Below, piece by piece: positions 24,419 through 36,993 of a stretch of 64,000 nucleotides of DNA. The notes under the pieces were generated by a model that saw only the letters and a program-made list of their open reading frames with translations, did no database searches and was not told the origin of the DNA. Made by a program: the position numbers and the translations under genes. The stretch lies in the NCBI GenBank assembly GCA_003693705.1, contig RBZT01000588.1:124001-188000 (forward strand). Direction: 5' to 3'. The stretch's first letter is position 1. Each line of letters starts with the position of its first letter. This stretch comes from Polymyxa betae A26-41. Lineage: Eukaryota > Protista > Endomyxa: Phytomyxea.

Positions 24419-25232
24419 AACACCGAATGTCTAGCCGTTAAAACCGGCCCAAGCGACTCCTAACGGCTAGGCATATGAATGCGACGCCATTCAATGGAAG
24501 ACAGCTCGTCTATGTCGACCAGCGCCACCATAATCCAAATGGCATCCAATGTCCAACATGCAGACTGACCTGAAAACTGCGGTCACAAGCAAATTCGAAC
24601 TACCGTAGCGGAGATTGCCTGAATGTTGCCAAGTCGATTATATTAGCGCGGGCTCTCATATACTGAATGCCTAAAATTGTACAGAAATTGCAAATCATCA
24701 CATCTGGATACCATCTGATTACATTCTGCTTTCAGATTGAGATGAGCTCTTTAACCTGCCAGAATCTTGCATCCGTAAGGCGGTCACGTTTCACAGGCTC
24801 GTTTTTGTATCAAATCAGCCAGTATCTAGTAACATCGAATCCGCATACATAATACATCTATCCGGATTCTCTTGCAATCATAGTCACATTGAGAACTGTT
24901 TTTCAAGTTGACAATCCATAGTGTATTTCCTGGACTCAGTATATCTGTTCTGAAATGAAAGGCGTGGCGTCGTACTCATTGAGTGAGCGTTCAGATTGGA
25001 ATGCTATGAGACAGAATTGCCTATATTATCATGTGTTCATCCGCAAATCGACAGTTTCATAAACGATGTCTGTTTTATTCTGGCCTTCAACACATTTTGT
25101 CTCATGATCTTCGTAATGAAACACGATTCAGGGATATGCGGTGTCTGTTTGTATTGCGAATGCGACCCCCTGCTATTCCTGTAGGGCTTTCATGTGTTAA
25201 ATTACAACCAAGGCTGTCTGTGATCGCCTCTT

Positions 25233-27062
25233 ATGCCGCCAACCCAGGACGACTTCTACCGATCATTTCTCAATTGGTCGGCGCCCATCGGCTGCCCACA
25301 GCCAGATCCTGAGCTTTTCCGGAATCTAGCCAGAGGCAATGGCGCCCATTTCTTACGGCTTCTTGTAGAGTATGTTCGGCCGCTCGAAACTGTATCTCAT
25401 GTGCACAACACATTGAGACTTCATTCTGCTAATGCTCCTGACGAGCCAGTACTCGAACAGGTTGCCTGTTTACTCTATATTGCCAGCCTGATTGTCTGAT
25501 GTTAGTTTAGAATGCTACCGATAAGAAGGATAGCGAAAAGCTGGCATTTCTTAGAAGGTCACATACGGCAACCATCAAGGAAATTGATTATCTAAACCAG
25601 AAGCAATCGCAGTTAGAGCGGTCTATCAGAAGACTCTCTACTTCAGCCGTCTTATTAGAGCGTGCTTGCCTTAAAAACAGTCGCGACCAAGTTCAGCCGA
25701 TTGAAAATCTCACAGAATGCTTTACGTCTATCTCTAAGAGAAAATATGGCTTTTCTGAAAAGAAAACTATTATTTCAATGGGCGACTCCGGTCGTCTGGA
25801 GACATCCGATCCGATTCGCTCCACTTTACAAAGATTGTATGAAACCTTTTCCAACGATCATACGAAAACTGTCACAATTCCTTTGCCATTTCCACCGAGT
25901 GCTAATCTCGTTGAAATCGCTATCAAAATTTCACGAGACCATCTAGCGCTTTTGCAGCAAAACATCTCGCTTCCAGAAACTGCCGAGCCTGCCAAATCAA
26001 ATACCCCAGTATCATTGTGTCAGCTTATGCAAGACTCTCGAGATGCTCACATTGACCGTTTCTTCGATGCTTTGGAGAAAATGAATTTAGCGCGAGACGC
26101 AAAAAATCGCTGTGAAGGTGCATCGGCTCCAGAATTGTTACGTCGTCAGATTCGGCTTCGCGCGCGTCTGGATTGCTTAAACAAGCACATTAATCGCTGC
26201 GAGGAAAATCTTTCCAGAGCTCAAGCGGACTACAAACATCTTCATGATTCTCTCGATGCCATCTCAAAGCTCGATGCCGCACGAGAAAGGCTTCATCAAC
26301 AACTCGTCACAATAATCAGGGCTAATCGTGAGTTGCGCTCGAAGCTAACACAGAAACAGACACAATGTCGATCGAATGAAACCTTGATCAAATCAGCAAT
26401 TAAAACCGTCACTGATCGTCGTGCTCGTTTAAAGAACTGCTTCGAAATCGAAACAAAGTCCATCCTGCAATTGTCGGAATCTGATCAGTCATTGATTTCT
26501 GATCTGGATGACGTCTTGTGGCAAAATACTGCTGGCAATCTAGGCTTGAACGCCTGTCAGTCCTGTCATCCTCTTTCGATTCTCTTCAGTGTTCGATCAT
26601 GGTTCGAAAAGTTCTCCGCGCTGCAGATCTCGAATACGGTTGGATCACTGCTACTAGCAGCTGCAAAAAATGTTCAATCTGGTGACGTCGAAGGTTGGTT
26701 ACTTTTTTTATCTACTAAGGACAAGTAATTTCAATGCCGGTATAGGTTTGAAAATTCGGTGTAGAGACCTGCATGCCAGTTCTGAAAGAACAATGGTCGA
26801 TTTTAACTCTACTCTGAAATTGCTAGAGAATCTAGACAAAGAATCGGATCATTATCGGGAATTGTTAAGGAATTGGTAAAACCGAATTGCTTTCGTCATC
26901 ACGAAAGGATCTGAGAAGTTTTCCAGGTGGGAGCAGCCAGCTCAGCACACAGTCCCAGATGAGCAGCGATTAGGCTTAAACATCAGTAGCTGGATACATC
27001 GGAGAAGGAAGCTGGTGGCTGAACTTCAACGAGACGTTGGAAGGAGAACAGCTTTGGTGTAA
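25233..27062 (+). CDS. HAUS5: Augmin complex subunit HAUS5
   Basis: N-terminal FRNLARGNGAHFLRLLVEYVRPLETVSHVHNTL, long coiled coils and C-terminal W|WEQPAQHTVP...GLNISSW. Confidence 0.85.
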
Positions 27063-27086
27063 ATAAAGCCAGATAGATGTATTTAT

Positions 27087-27468
27087 CTAGAACCCCATCT
27101 TGTCTAACAAATCAACACATTCCTGCCTCCAATTGCCCATTATTCTTATCTCGTGTTCGTCGCCGGATTTAGCTCCTTTCGCTACATATAATTCGCCGAA
27201 CTCTTGTCTGAGAACTGCTTCAAAGGTCGCAAGATCGCCTTCAACCCCTCGAATAACAGTTGCAACAGAGCCTAGCTTGACATCACGCCTACTTCTGTCT
27301 TCTAAATACACAGGAAGTGTGCCTAGAACAGTCCTTGAAATCTAGCCCATGCCATCAAAAAGTGAACATGCAAATGTATGGGTTTCAGGCTGCACGTACA
27401 TGGAAGGGCAACTTGCGCTTGATTTGACTGGATGTGTGTATTAATCGGATGCCCAACCAGCGATGCAT
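27087..27468 (-). CDS. MRPL49: Mitochondrial ribosomal protein mL49 (Img2)
   Basis: MHRWLGIR...LPFH|ISRTVLGTLPVY...TVIRGVEGD...LDKMGF. Confidence 0.85.
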
Positions 27469-27696
27469 CTAGTAGATGGTACAATATGGCTTAACAACAC
27501 GAGCTCTCAGAAATTCCAACAAAATCCGAGATGTCGACAGAATTCCCGCACACTTCCGGTATTGATGAGCAATTGCCAATTGTAGACGCTCATGCTCATG
27601 GCTCCGAAAAATGGATCTAAGAGCAAATCTGTTCCTATTAACTGAAATGGAATTAAGCCAACCTAAGTTGGATTTACGATTTATTAAAAAAATATA

Positions 27697-28955
27697 TTAT
27701 TTCTTTCGCGATCCACCCTGACTTGAGGCTAGAATTTGCACCATTCGAATAAATATATTCAGAATATTGAAATAAACTGTATACGACTTTTGTATAAAGT
27801 CAGGATCCGGATCTTGGTTATATTTGGCCTCTTCAATCATTAGCTGGGTATCATACAAAACCAAGCCACCTAAACGGACCACGTTCAGTAACCACAGAAT
27901 TCATTTTCGGGAGAAACCAACCGAAGACAGCAAGGCCACCGTAAAGAGAAATCGACTGAGCAATGTTGAAGGCTGCTCTGAACAGCAAATTAAATTGAAT
28001 CTGAATGCAGTTGAAAAACAGGGTTTACCCTGTTACCGGTAAGAAAACGCCTGCGACTGATGACAGAGCGACAACAGTTAGACCAGCGAACAACGGACCT
28101 CCCTACAGATAATTCGGAATAAATGACGATTAGTAATGGGAAACACATTCTCACCAAATAAAGGAATTTAGCCTCCTCAGCGTTGATAGCAATAAGCGAA
28201 AGAGAGCCAATGATACCGGCTGTGTATAACCCGGCACGGTAGAGAATAGGTCGAGGAACGAATAACAATGGCGAAAGAGACAATGCGCCAACTGTGGCCA
28301 TCGAAGCTCCCCATGCTATGTGCTTAAGTATAGGATGCTCCTTATGTGAAAGCGAGCTTGCTAAGAATGTCGTTCCTAAGACAGCTGCTAACGACCCGCC
28401 CAGAAACATGATCGGATTCGCATGTAGAATACGAACAGCAATCTAAAAACTGTAAGACGAGCGCTGCTATCGATTAGTCGTACATACGCCTGATCGGAAG
28501 GCACCGACAGCAGAGGCAGCTGTGATAGCGAGCCCGCCAGCAACATAGGTGTAGGTTCCTTTCAAGTAATTGTGAACTGAGGGGGTGATAACCGCCTTGG
28601 TGCCTGCAGAAACTGATTCATCGTGTTGGTTAAGTGCATGGTTTAATATCAGATATGTTGACAGCATTAAACCGCCAGCGCCCACTATGTACGAATAAGC
28701 TACGTAAATACACAATACTACACAAGATAAATTACGAAGGGTGAACGTAGAATTTGCTGGTGATGGTTGAAGAGCCTGAGGCGGATAGCCAAACGCTCTC
28801 CGAGTAACGGGGAGTTTCAAGGATTGCTGCCTTAGACCTAAAGTGCCCCTGTAGCAACTTCAAAATCTGCCCACAGCCAACAATGAAGTAGCGGACAGAG
28901 ACGAGACCAGCCGAGGCATTCCGATTGAACGCTTGATCGGCATTCGGGAGACCAT
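27697..28955 (-). CDS. GHITM: GHITM/MICS1/TMBIM5 (Bax inhibitor-1 family, mitochondrial)
   Basis: YLKGTYTYVAGGLAITAASA, PILYRAGLYTAGIIGSLS, KFLY, GGLVLYDTQ and NILNIFIRMVQIL...GSRKK; start approximate. Confidence 0.88.
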
Positions 28956-29484
28956 AGCTAATCTAAACTGCATGATGCTTCGCAAGATGGTAAGAAGCTC
29001 CAACCCTATATTATTGAAATGGCGACAGAAATTCAATGATCACAGAAAGCAATGATTTTAGGGGCGCGGCCTCTCAGTTAGAAATCTCGAATCGGAATGT
29101 TCTCTCGTTGACAAACTCTTCAGACTGAATCAATGATACTTGCAGCTTTCTCTGAAGTTTCCAGTAATAACTGTACCGAAACACAGCGGATCCCCAAAAG
29201 TATGACTCAAGAGCTTCCAGAAACATCGTTTAGGTTGAATCGGACAACCGAAGACTGCTCCGCTCATTCGATTTCGATTTTCAAATCTACACACTTATTA
29301 GGAGTAGCATTGTGACTCAGAAGCTGTAATGCATCCGATGAGGTATTCAGTCCTTCAGTATGGTGATTAATTTCATTCATGTACCGGTACGACGAAGAGA
29401 ATGTTACGCAGGCTTTAAGTTGCGCTTGTCCCCTCTTCTGGGTTCTCGTTGAATTCCAGTATCCTTCATTGTGAGCCATTCATA

Positions 29485-30411
29485 ATGGGTACCGAGACTG
29501 CTCCAGAGCAGGGTACTTGGCTACCATTAGAATGCAATCCGGAACTGATTTCTGACTATCTATGCAAGCTTGGTATTCAGACGACAGTCGGCCTTTTTGT
29601 TTTTTTCGTCTCATACTGATTGCAGGTGTGAAGGAGGACGAGATCCAATGTGCAGACATTTATGGGATAGATCCTGATTTACTGCAAATGGTCCCTAGCG
29701 GCGTCGTCGCCGTTCTGACTCTGTTTCCTATATCGGATGCTTCCGAAAAGCATCGTCGTAAAGAGCAAACTGATATTGAGAACAATAAGCTCTGCCAGAA
29801 TGTTGCATTTACTGTCATTTGCGTTTTCGAATTCATGACCAATGAGCCTTAGGTTCCTGAAAGAGTCTGGTTCACGGAACAGAAAGTCCCAAATGCTTGT
29901 GGAACAATCGGGTTGCTGCATGCCGTTTTTAACAATCTTCAACATTTCAGGTGCCAGATGCGTGCCTGTTTTTCATATCATTGCGTGTTAATCGTATTCA
30001 AGTTTTCGCCCAGAATCGTTTCTAGATAAATTCTACAACGAAACTCGGAATAAGTCCCCGAGTCAGAAGGCTGAAACTTTATCCGGTAATCGAATGGCTG
30101 AACTCATACATCAAGAATTTGCTGGTTCGTACATGGATCGTGATGCACGATTGTTAACTTACCCGATAACAGCTCAAGGGCAATCCGAAGTGCCAGAAAA
30201 CGTAGAAAACGTCAATCTGCATTTCAATGCATTAGTGTGCGTCGACGGTCGATTAATTGAACTCGACGGTCGTAAGAAGCAACCTATCGACCATGGGTCG
30301 ACTACTATCCAGAGTTTTCTGCAAGATGCTGCTCAGGTTATCAAGAAATTCATGGAACGGGATCCAGAAAATATCCAATTTTCCATGGTCGCGCTGGTAG
30401 CTAACAGTTAG
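29485..30411 (+). CDS. UCHL3: Ubiquitin C-terminal hydrolase (peptidase C12, UCHL1/UCHL3-like)
   Basis: WLPLECNPE, QKVPNACGTIGLLHA (catalytic Cys), NLHFNALV (His), LIELDGRK (Asp) and FSMVAL. Confidence 0.93.
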
Positions 30412-30779
30412 CTCTGAGCTCTTTATTGGTGTCACATTGTTTTAGATTATGTATTATAGCAGCAATAAACAGGTAAAGACAACGTCTGGTTTACAGATGC
30501 AATAATCAGAGAAATGTGTTCAACTCAGACCCTAGCAAGGGACAACGCGCTCGCCTGGGTGAAAAAAAATCCTTACCAATCTAATCCGCCTTGGTTCTGG
30601 TATGAATTTTACACTATATTAGTAAACGAAAGCATACGAAAAATTCAAAAGATCGCCGAAATGTTGAAGGCAACCTCTGTCAATGCCGTCGATCGTTGCG
30701 ATTGTCTGTCTGTTATCTGGTCACGGGTTAAAGTCTGTGACAGCGCGAACCACATTGAATCAGTAATCACAGATTCATC

Positions 30780-31232
30780 ATGGAAGGCCAGGCTTTGAGT
30801 CATCGTCGCCAGCTTCAGATCCAACTGAAACAGGCCGGTCTTCGCGCTACTGGAAAGGTTCTATAGGATTCTGGATTCGACGTTAGTGATTATAATACAA
30901 ATCTACAGACGTCCGAGCTTGAAGCGCGCCTAGCTGAATATAACTTGACGAAATCTACTAAGTCAAGTAGGAGAGGCGAGAAGTTGCTGAAAGTATCTTT
31001 TTCTCCACATCATAATATTAAGATAATTGAAAATTGCCTGGACAAGTCGGATGGTACTGTTTTAATCCGCATGCCGTTTCGGTGTTGTTTAGGAATTCTT
31101 TCAGAAGAGGGAGAATCAAGCGATTTTGATGACACAGAACACATTAATGAGGACCAGAACGAACAAAACGAATGGAGCGGATGGGTTCGAGCAACTTTCG
31201 AGAGTATGATACCCCAGATGAGGTGGTTCTGA
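30780..31232 (+). CDS. Small SAP-domain protein with RVxF-like motif and acidic tail
   Basis: Spliced RRQLQIQLKQAGLRATGK|TSELEARL (SAP), followed by KVSF and an acidic C-terminus. Confidence 0.6.
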
Positions 31233-31271
31233 TATTCTTTAATGCGATTGTACATGTTCAGCTTTCTGTCA

Positions 31272-31697
31272 CTATATATTTCGATAAAAGTACAAAGGTG
31301 GTTGACTAACTAAACGTTGTCGTGATTTTACAGAAAATCTTGTCCTAACAGCCCTCATGGTTTCTGTGACAGCTTTTCGTTCAGCAATCTCAGACGGACT
31401 CGGTCCTTTCTGCCGTTGAACCGATACCAATTGCCTGTTGGTACTCATCTGGGTGACGATATGGTGTAGATCTAAAAGTGTTGGAATCTTTGATTGGCGC
31501 CTTTTGTGCTGTACCAAGAAACTGGGATTGGGAGTCTTGTTCCCTGGGGCCTGCTCCTCCTTGCCGGGCTTAGTTTTGCATCTGATATGAGTGGTTTGAG
31601 CTTCGTATCTATGAATGGTGTATGGAATATTTATGCTGGTATCTGAAAATGACTTCGTGTCATGTGATGCTTTCTGTTCCTTTGAGACCGCGACCAT
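31272..31697 (-). CDS. Hypothetical basic protein
   Basis: 141-aa ORF, possibly with an in-frame intron; no recognisable domain. Confidence 0.45.
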   Translation of the reverse strand: MVAVSKEQKASHDTKSFSDTSINIPYTIHRYEAQTTHIRCKTKPGKEEQAPGNKTPNPSFLVQHKRRQSKIPTLLDLHHIVTQMSTNRQLVSVQRQKGPSPSEIAERKAVTETMRAVRTRFSVKSRQRLVSQPPLYFYRNI

Positions 31698-31753
31698 TGT
31701 AAGACTGCTGAAAGAATAAGGATACGATCAATTGGATATCTCGAGATATTACA

Positions 31754-32029
31754 TCATTTCCTGGGGTTCAAGACGTCTTTGAGATATTCTAACACAATGA
31801 GAAATAAATTCATATCATATTCGATATAAAGGATGAATGAAATAATCGCGAGCATGATCACGATAATAATGAGGTCAAACTGGGTCCTCGTTCCTATCAG
31901 CGGTTCGCTATATTCGTCTGGAATCTGGGTCAAGGCGGCTTCAAATTGCTTCTTGCGCTGCTCCAGATAGGGTCGAAGTCGTGAGCGAACCCATTGTCCA
32001 CCAACGGAGTCGCTCCTGGTTGAAGTCAT
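31754..32029 (-). CDS. Small single-TM hypothetical protein (about 91 aa)
   Basis: ATG ORF with hydrophobic segment FDLIIIVIMLAIISFILYIEY. Confidence 0.6.
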   Translation of the reverse strand: MTSTRSDSVGGQWVRSRLRPYLEQRKKQFEAALTQIPDEYSEPLIGTRTQFDLIIIVIMLAIISFILYIEYDMNLFLIVLEYLKDVLNPRK

Positions 32030-32204
32030 CAAATAAATACGTACAGAACCGCAGTGAGCCTCTCACTGTGTTGTGAAAGAGCTGTCACAGATTTTCGAAA
32101 TCCGGACTCTGAATGTTTGCATTAAGTGTGATACAGCATTATGAGTTTATGATATTATTGTTGGTTAAACAGTTTAGGAGTTTCACAGACGTTGACAGAT
32201 GTTA

Positions 32205-33979
32205 TCATAGTTCATCACGAAATTGTTCGGGCTGGGATAGTTCTGATAATTCCGAATTTAACTTATCAGCTTCTGCTTGGGAACAGGCCGCAGGAGTCTC
32301 AAACTGCATTTCGTAAACGCAGGTGCTGGGTTCGTGAACTGAAACGATCTGGTTCCGCAATCCACAACTCAACTTTACCTAAAAACATTCAACATCAACT
32401 TTTGGTTGAATGTCTTACGTACCTGTACAGATCTTTCAGGACCGTTCCAGCATCTCTGCCCGTGATCAAAAAGCCATTCGGAATAACCATTACTCCATGT
32501 TTGAAATGAACTGAAACGCAACGTGAATTACCATGCAATGCGAATTCATAAGAATACCCAAGAGATGTGGTCTGGCTCTCAATCTGTGATGCCTCCTTGA
32601 ACGGGCACAGTTCATAGGTATACTTTTCATGAGTTGTGGTGAAGCATTCTGATTGCAGTGCACGATATGCATCGTTGGGGCCATAATCAATGGATAACAT
32701 TCTACTAAGGTCATCAACTTCTTTCTCCAGCGAAGTAAGCTGGTTTTCGGCGTCGTTAAAGGCACGGCGAGCCTCTTTCGCAGCTGGAAAAATCATTTAG
32801 AGTTTAAATAAGAATCGCTTGTAAAAATGGTCAAATTAGCAGATAATGTGAAAGGTTGGTAAAAACGCCGAAAGCTGTGCATGAAATACACATGCCTTCA
32901 GCAGGGGGTTTTTGAGTTCCCTTAAAGAAGTCAACAAGAAAAGGAGGTAACTTGGCGAGCATATTATCAAGAAAAGGAGGCAACTTGGCGAGAATATCAC
33001 CAAGCATACCTTTAGCTGTCAAGCTTTCAGGTTCGGTAGATTCGGTTTCTACTGTTTGCGAAGATTCGTCTTCTTGAGCGTCTTCAGATCCTTCCTCTTC
33101 AGCTTCTGCCGCAACATCAGCACTGGTTTCACCACGCTGATTCTGAGGGGCATATTGTTCCGGATATGGAAAGGATGATTCTGAATTCTGATTTCCTTCA
33201 GGCGAATTACCAGAGTAAGCATATTGCTCGGGATAAGGAAATGATGACGAGTGAGATTGCGAATTGGTCTCTGTTTCTTTTTCCTTGGAATCACTTTGGA
33301 TTTCTTTTTCAGAATCTTTGGTATTTTCGGCTTCAGAGTGACCTTTCTGTGGCTCTTGATTGTCTTTCTCGGCTTTGGCAATTGCATCAGCATTGTCTTT
33401 CTCGGCTTTGGCAGCTGCATCAGCTATTTCAACTTGACGTCGAAGATTCTCAAGTTCAGATTTCCTGGCCTCAATGCCCGATTGTAATTCCGCTAATTGT
33501 CTTGCTTGTTTGTCCTTCATAGCTGCACCAGAAATCAACAACTTCTGCTTCTCTTTCAATCCTGTTTTTATGGTCGAAGACAGGTTCTCAAGATGCTCCT
33601 TAATGGTTTTCCCTTCCTGTTCACATGTGGAAGGACAGCTTCTTAGTACGAGGTATTCGTCGCTGCCATCGCAGCAATCGCATATACCATCATTCACTCT
33701 CCAGGATTCGATTCGAGCAGCCTTTGATCCAATGTTCTTGCAAAAAAATGTCCCATTAGAGCAGGCTGAAGTGCCAGGTTCATCTTCCCCTTTGTCAGGG
33801 CAATCGCAATACTCATCATTCACTTTGGAAATCGGAATTGAGCCTTTCCCTTGACACGAAATGGTCGATCTCGAATATAGATCGTAAAATACTGGGTCTA
33901 CACCGAAGCGGGCATCGAGAGAAGCGGACGTTAGGGACGCGACAACTAACAATACGACCGAGACGATCGGATACGACAT
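32205..33979 (-). CDS. PRKCSH: Glucosidase II beta subunit
   Basis: Signal peptide, VNDEYCDCPD..DEPGTSAC, VNDGICDCCDGSDE, MRH domain (YTYELCPF; EPSTCVY..ETPAAC) and C-terminal ER-retention signal RDEL. Confidence 0.95.
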
Positions 33980-34626
33980 GATATCAGTTACTTAGATATA
34001 CGACTATAGACGATATGAGTAATACAACCACCAAACCTCACCAGAGCACCTTGTCTGAAACGTAACCGAGAGTTCACGCACTCTCTGTCTGTATTTCGAT
34101 CGTTTTCTGAGATTCAGAAAGCACAGATTTCGATATGTTTCAGCGATCAAATCCCATGGTTAATGCTTGGATGGAATCAAACAACGCATGAATCTAGTCG
34201 GTTACACCAGTAACTGTATTCTGGGCTTCGGATGGTGCCGGTAATTGTGTATAGCTTTACGTGCACATCCGGAGCGTTATGACTGTTGAACGTCAATCGA
34301 CGACCTATAGCAGATCCAAAATTGATACCCAAAAGCATGGACAAGGAAGCTTTTTAGTTACCAGCATCTTGTATTTCTATGTAAACTGCCAAATCTTGCA
34401 CGTTTCTTGCTACCAGAAGTATAAACCCAACGTTATTCCTTCGAAAGCACTTCATACGTTGGTGTAAATGAGACTGTCCAGACGATTAGCAATGTGTTGT
34501 GAGGAATTTCCGATCATGAATCTAACTGCCGGTGCCATCCAGTTCGGGTCGCATCATTTGTCTATATCACCGACCTCCCTTTCATCATCCTGAACTCCTT
34601 TCAGTCTCTTTCGCTCTCGTTTTACC

Positions 34627-34920
34627 ATGAATACCAGCCGGCCTCACATTTTATCGCTGTACAAACGCATTATCAGACTAGGCAGCAAGTTTCCAAGTAT
34701 CAAGCGCGACTCGATACTGGCCAGCATCAAAGAAGGTTCCAATGTTAACCGAATCGCGTCATGTCCTTATTTGTTTACAGAATTTAAGAGTAATCGTAAT
34801 GAAAAAGACCCCAAGAAAATTTCCCAGCAGGTAGCTGTTGCAGAAGATGGCATACAGAAACTGAAGATGTATGTTGATACAGCAGCTGGAGCTGGTAATT
34901 TCCAGATCGACTTGAAATAA
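34627..34920 (+). CDS. LYR-motif (Complex1_LYR) mitochondrial protein
   Basis: ILSLYKRIIRLGSKFP...IKE|EFKSNRNEKDPKKI. Confidence 0.85.
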   Translation: MNTSRPHILSLYKRIIRLGSKFPSIKRDSILASIKEGSNVNRIASCPYLFTEFKSNRNEKDPKKISQQVAVAEDGIQKLKMYVDTAAGAGNFQIDLK

Positions 34921-34994
34921 ATTAATAATTCGCTGTGAAGAGCACCAAATGATTAGGTCATGATGATCATCGTATCGTCTCAGAATAGTGAATC

Positions 34995-36993
34995 ATGCTG
35001 CTAAGCCGAGCCAAGCCGACGTCTCCAAATTCAGGGCGGCCCGGAACTGGCCCTAGCGGCGCCAAGCCCAAAGATAAACGCCCGACTCTCGAGTCGTTCC
35101 TCTCTGCTCGCGATTTTTCCGGGGCAGCTGCGTTGGCTGAATTCTTGGTCCAATCAGGTGATTCTGAACCGACTTGCGGCACGTTAGCCGAGAAGCAAGC
35201 CTGGCTGGCCTATATTTACTTTCATCTGCATGATTTCATCAAAGTGTAACCGTTTCTGAGTTTGTAGGAGAATTCTGATTGAAAAATAGAGCCAATCGTA
35301 TTATAAAACGCTCCTGAAAGACTCTTCATCCAATGCCATGTTCAAACTGTATGCTAGCGCCTGCCAGTTTTACTTAGGAAACTTTGACAAAGCTGTTGAA
35401 CTCGCGTTATCGGGGCCTGAGTCCAGTCTACAATACCGACTGCTATTTCATTGTGCTCATAAGCTTTCTGATGAAAAAATGTTAGTCGAAAATCATGCCA
35501 AGCTGACAGGTAAGCACTACCGATAGGCTCTTCCTGTCCTCTAATCTCCTGCAGCTAACATAGAAGACCAGCTTGCTTTGGCAGCGATCCATTTTCTTAG
35601 AGGCCATTACCAAGAAGCTATCGAAATCTACAAACGCCAGTTGCTTGAGCACCGCGAATATTTAGCAATTCATATTTACATTGCTATTTGTTATTACAAG
35701 CTCGACTATTATGATGTAAGATAGAATGCTCAAGCCTCTGTTTGTATACTCAGTAACTGTCTAGGTTGCTTTAGAAATTCTCGGCCCTTACATGACTGCA
35801 AACCCTGACTCCTCAATAGCTTTGAACCTGAAAGCATGTTCACACTTCCGCTTATGCGATGGAAAAGCAGCGATTCAGCAATTACAACCGTATTTTGAAA
35901 AAGCCCAGACATCAGCAACAATTCAGAACACGTTCAGCGCCCATACGTTAATCAATCACAATTTAGTTGTTTTCCGTGCTGGCGAAAATGCTCTGAAAGT
36001 GCTACCTCCCATGGTCGATATAGTCCCTGAAGCTCGGCTGAACCTGTGTGTTTATTATTTGAAAGTCGGAGATACACATGAAGCCTACAAATTAATGAAG
36101 GATTTTGAACCGACAACCCCTCAAGAGTAAGACGGCTCTTGGGTTCCATATAGCTGCCCTGCTGAAATTCGTGCAATTAGATACATTTTGAAAGGTGTTG
36201 CTCAGGCTGCTTTTGGTCAGGCAGCTCAGTCGACTGAAGATCTTCAGCTAGCGCAGCAATACTTCCAGCTGATTGGTGAATCGGATTCCGAACGGGACAC
36301 GATCCCTGGTCGGCAAGCAATGGCGTCCTGTTATTTCTTATTACAACAGTGGGACGACGTCATTGTTTACTTATCGAGCATTAGCGAGTATTTCAAGACT
36401 GATGATAGGTTTGTGTTTGTGTGCCGATTCGGTGATTAATCTCATTTTATGAAGGTTCAATTGGAATTATGGGTTAGCTTTGGCTAAGGCTGGTCGATGG
36501 ATGGAAGCGGCCCAATCGTTTGCAAACATTCAGAATCCGGTAGATCAATCGACATTTGCTTGTGTCTAAATTGTTCAAGTATCCACAGGCTCGACGAAAG
36601 CAATACGATTTCATCGCTTGGTCTGCCCGCATCTATATCAATACAGGACTGTCTACCCAGGCCTGGGAGCTCTACCTCGAAATGGAAACAACGACGAATT
36701 CCTTCAATCTGCTTTTATTGATTGCCAATGAATGCTACCGCACTCAAGCCTATTATTACGCTGCCAAAGCATTCGACGTGCTTTGGAAATTGGATCCCAT
36801 TGCTGAATACTGGGAAGGCAAGCGCGGCGCTTGTTGCGGCGTTCTGCAGCAGATGATTCAAGGCAAAGAGAAGCGCTCGCATCTGGCCGAGATCATCAAC
36901 CTTTTGAAAAGCAACAATGCTACACCTCAGGCCCAATTTATTGCCCGAGTCATGAATAAGTTCTGGCTCGAAACCAGCGAATACGATATCTAG
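34995..36993 (+). CDS. TTC26: Intraflagellar transport protein IFT56/TTC26 (DYF-13)
   Basis: [42 protein letters not shown] and [12 protein letters not shown]. Confidence 0.96.

Noticed and set aside
24755-24830. Minus-strand RACET-TGA-PPYGC, resembling a CxxU selenoprotein motif (TGA at 24784-24786)
   Set aside because: There is no thioredoxin-like context, the gene model needs unusually short introns, and no convincing SECIS lies downstream.
29459-29467. GTATCCTTC as a U12-type intron donor
   Set aside because: It lies just upstream of the UCH ATG with no matching U12 branch site or acceptor.
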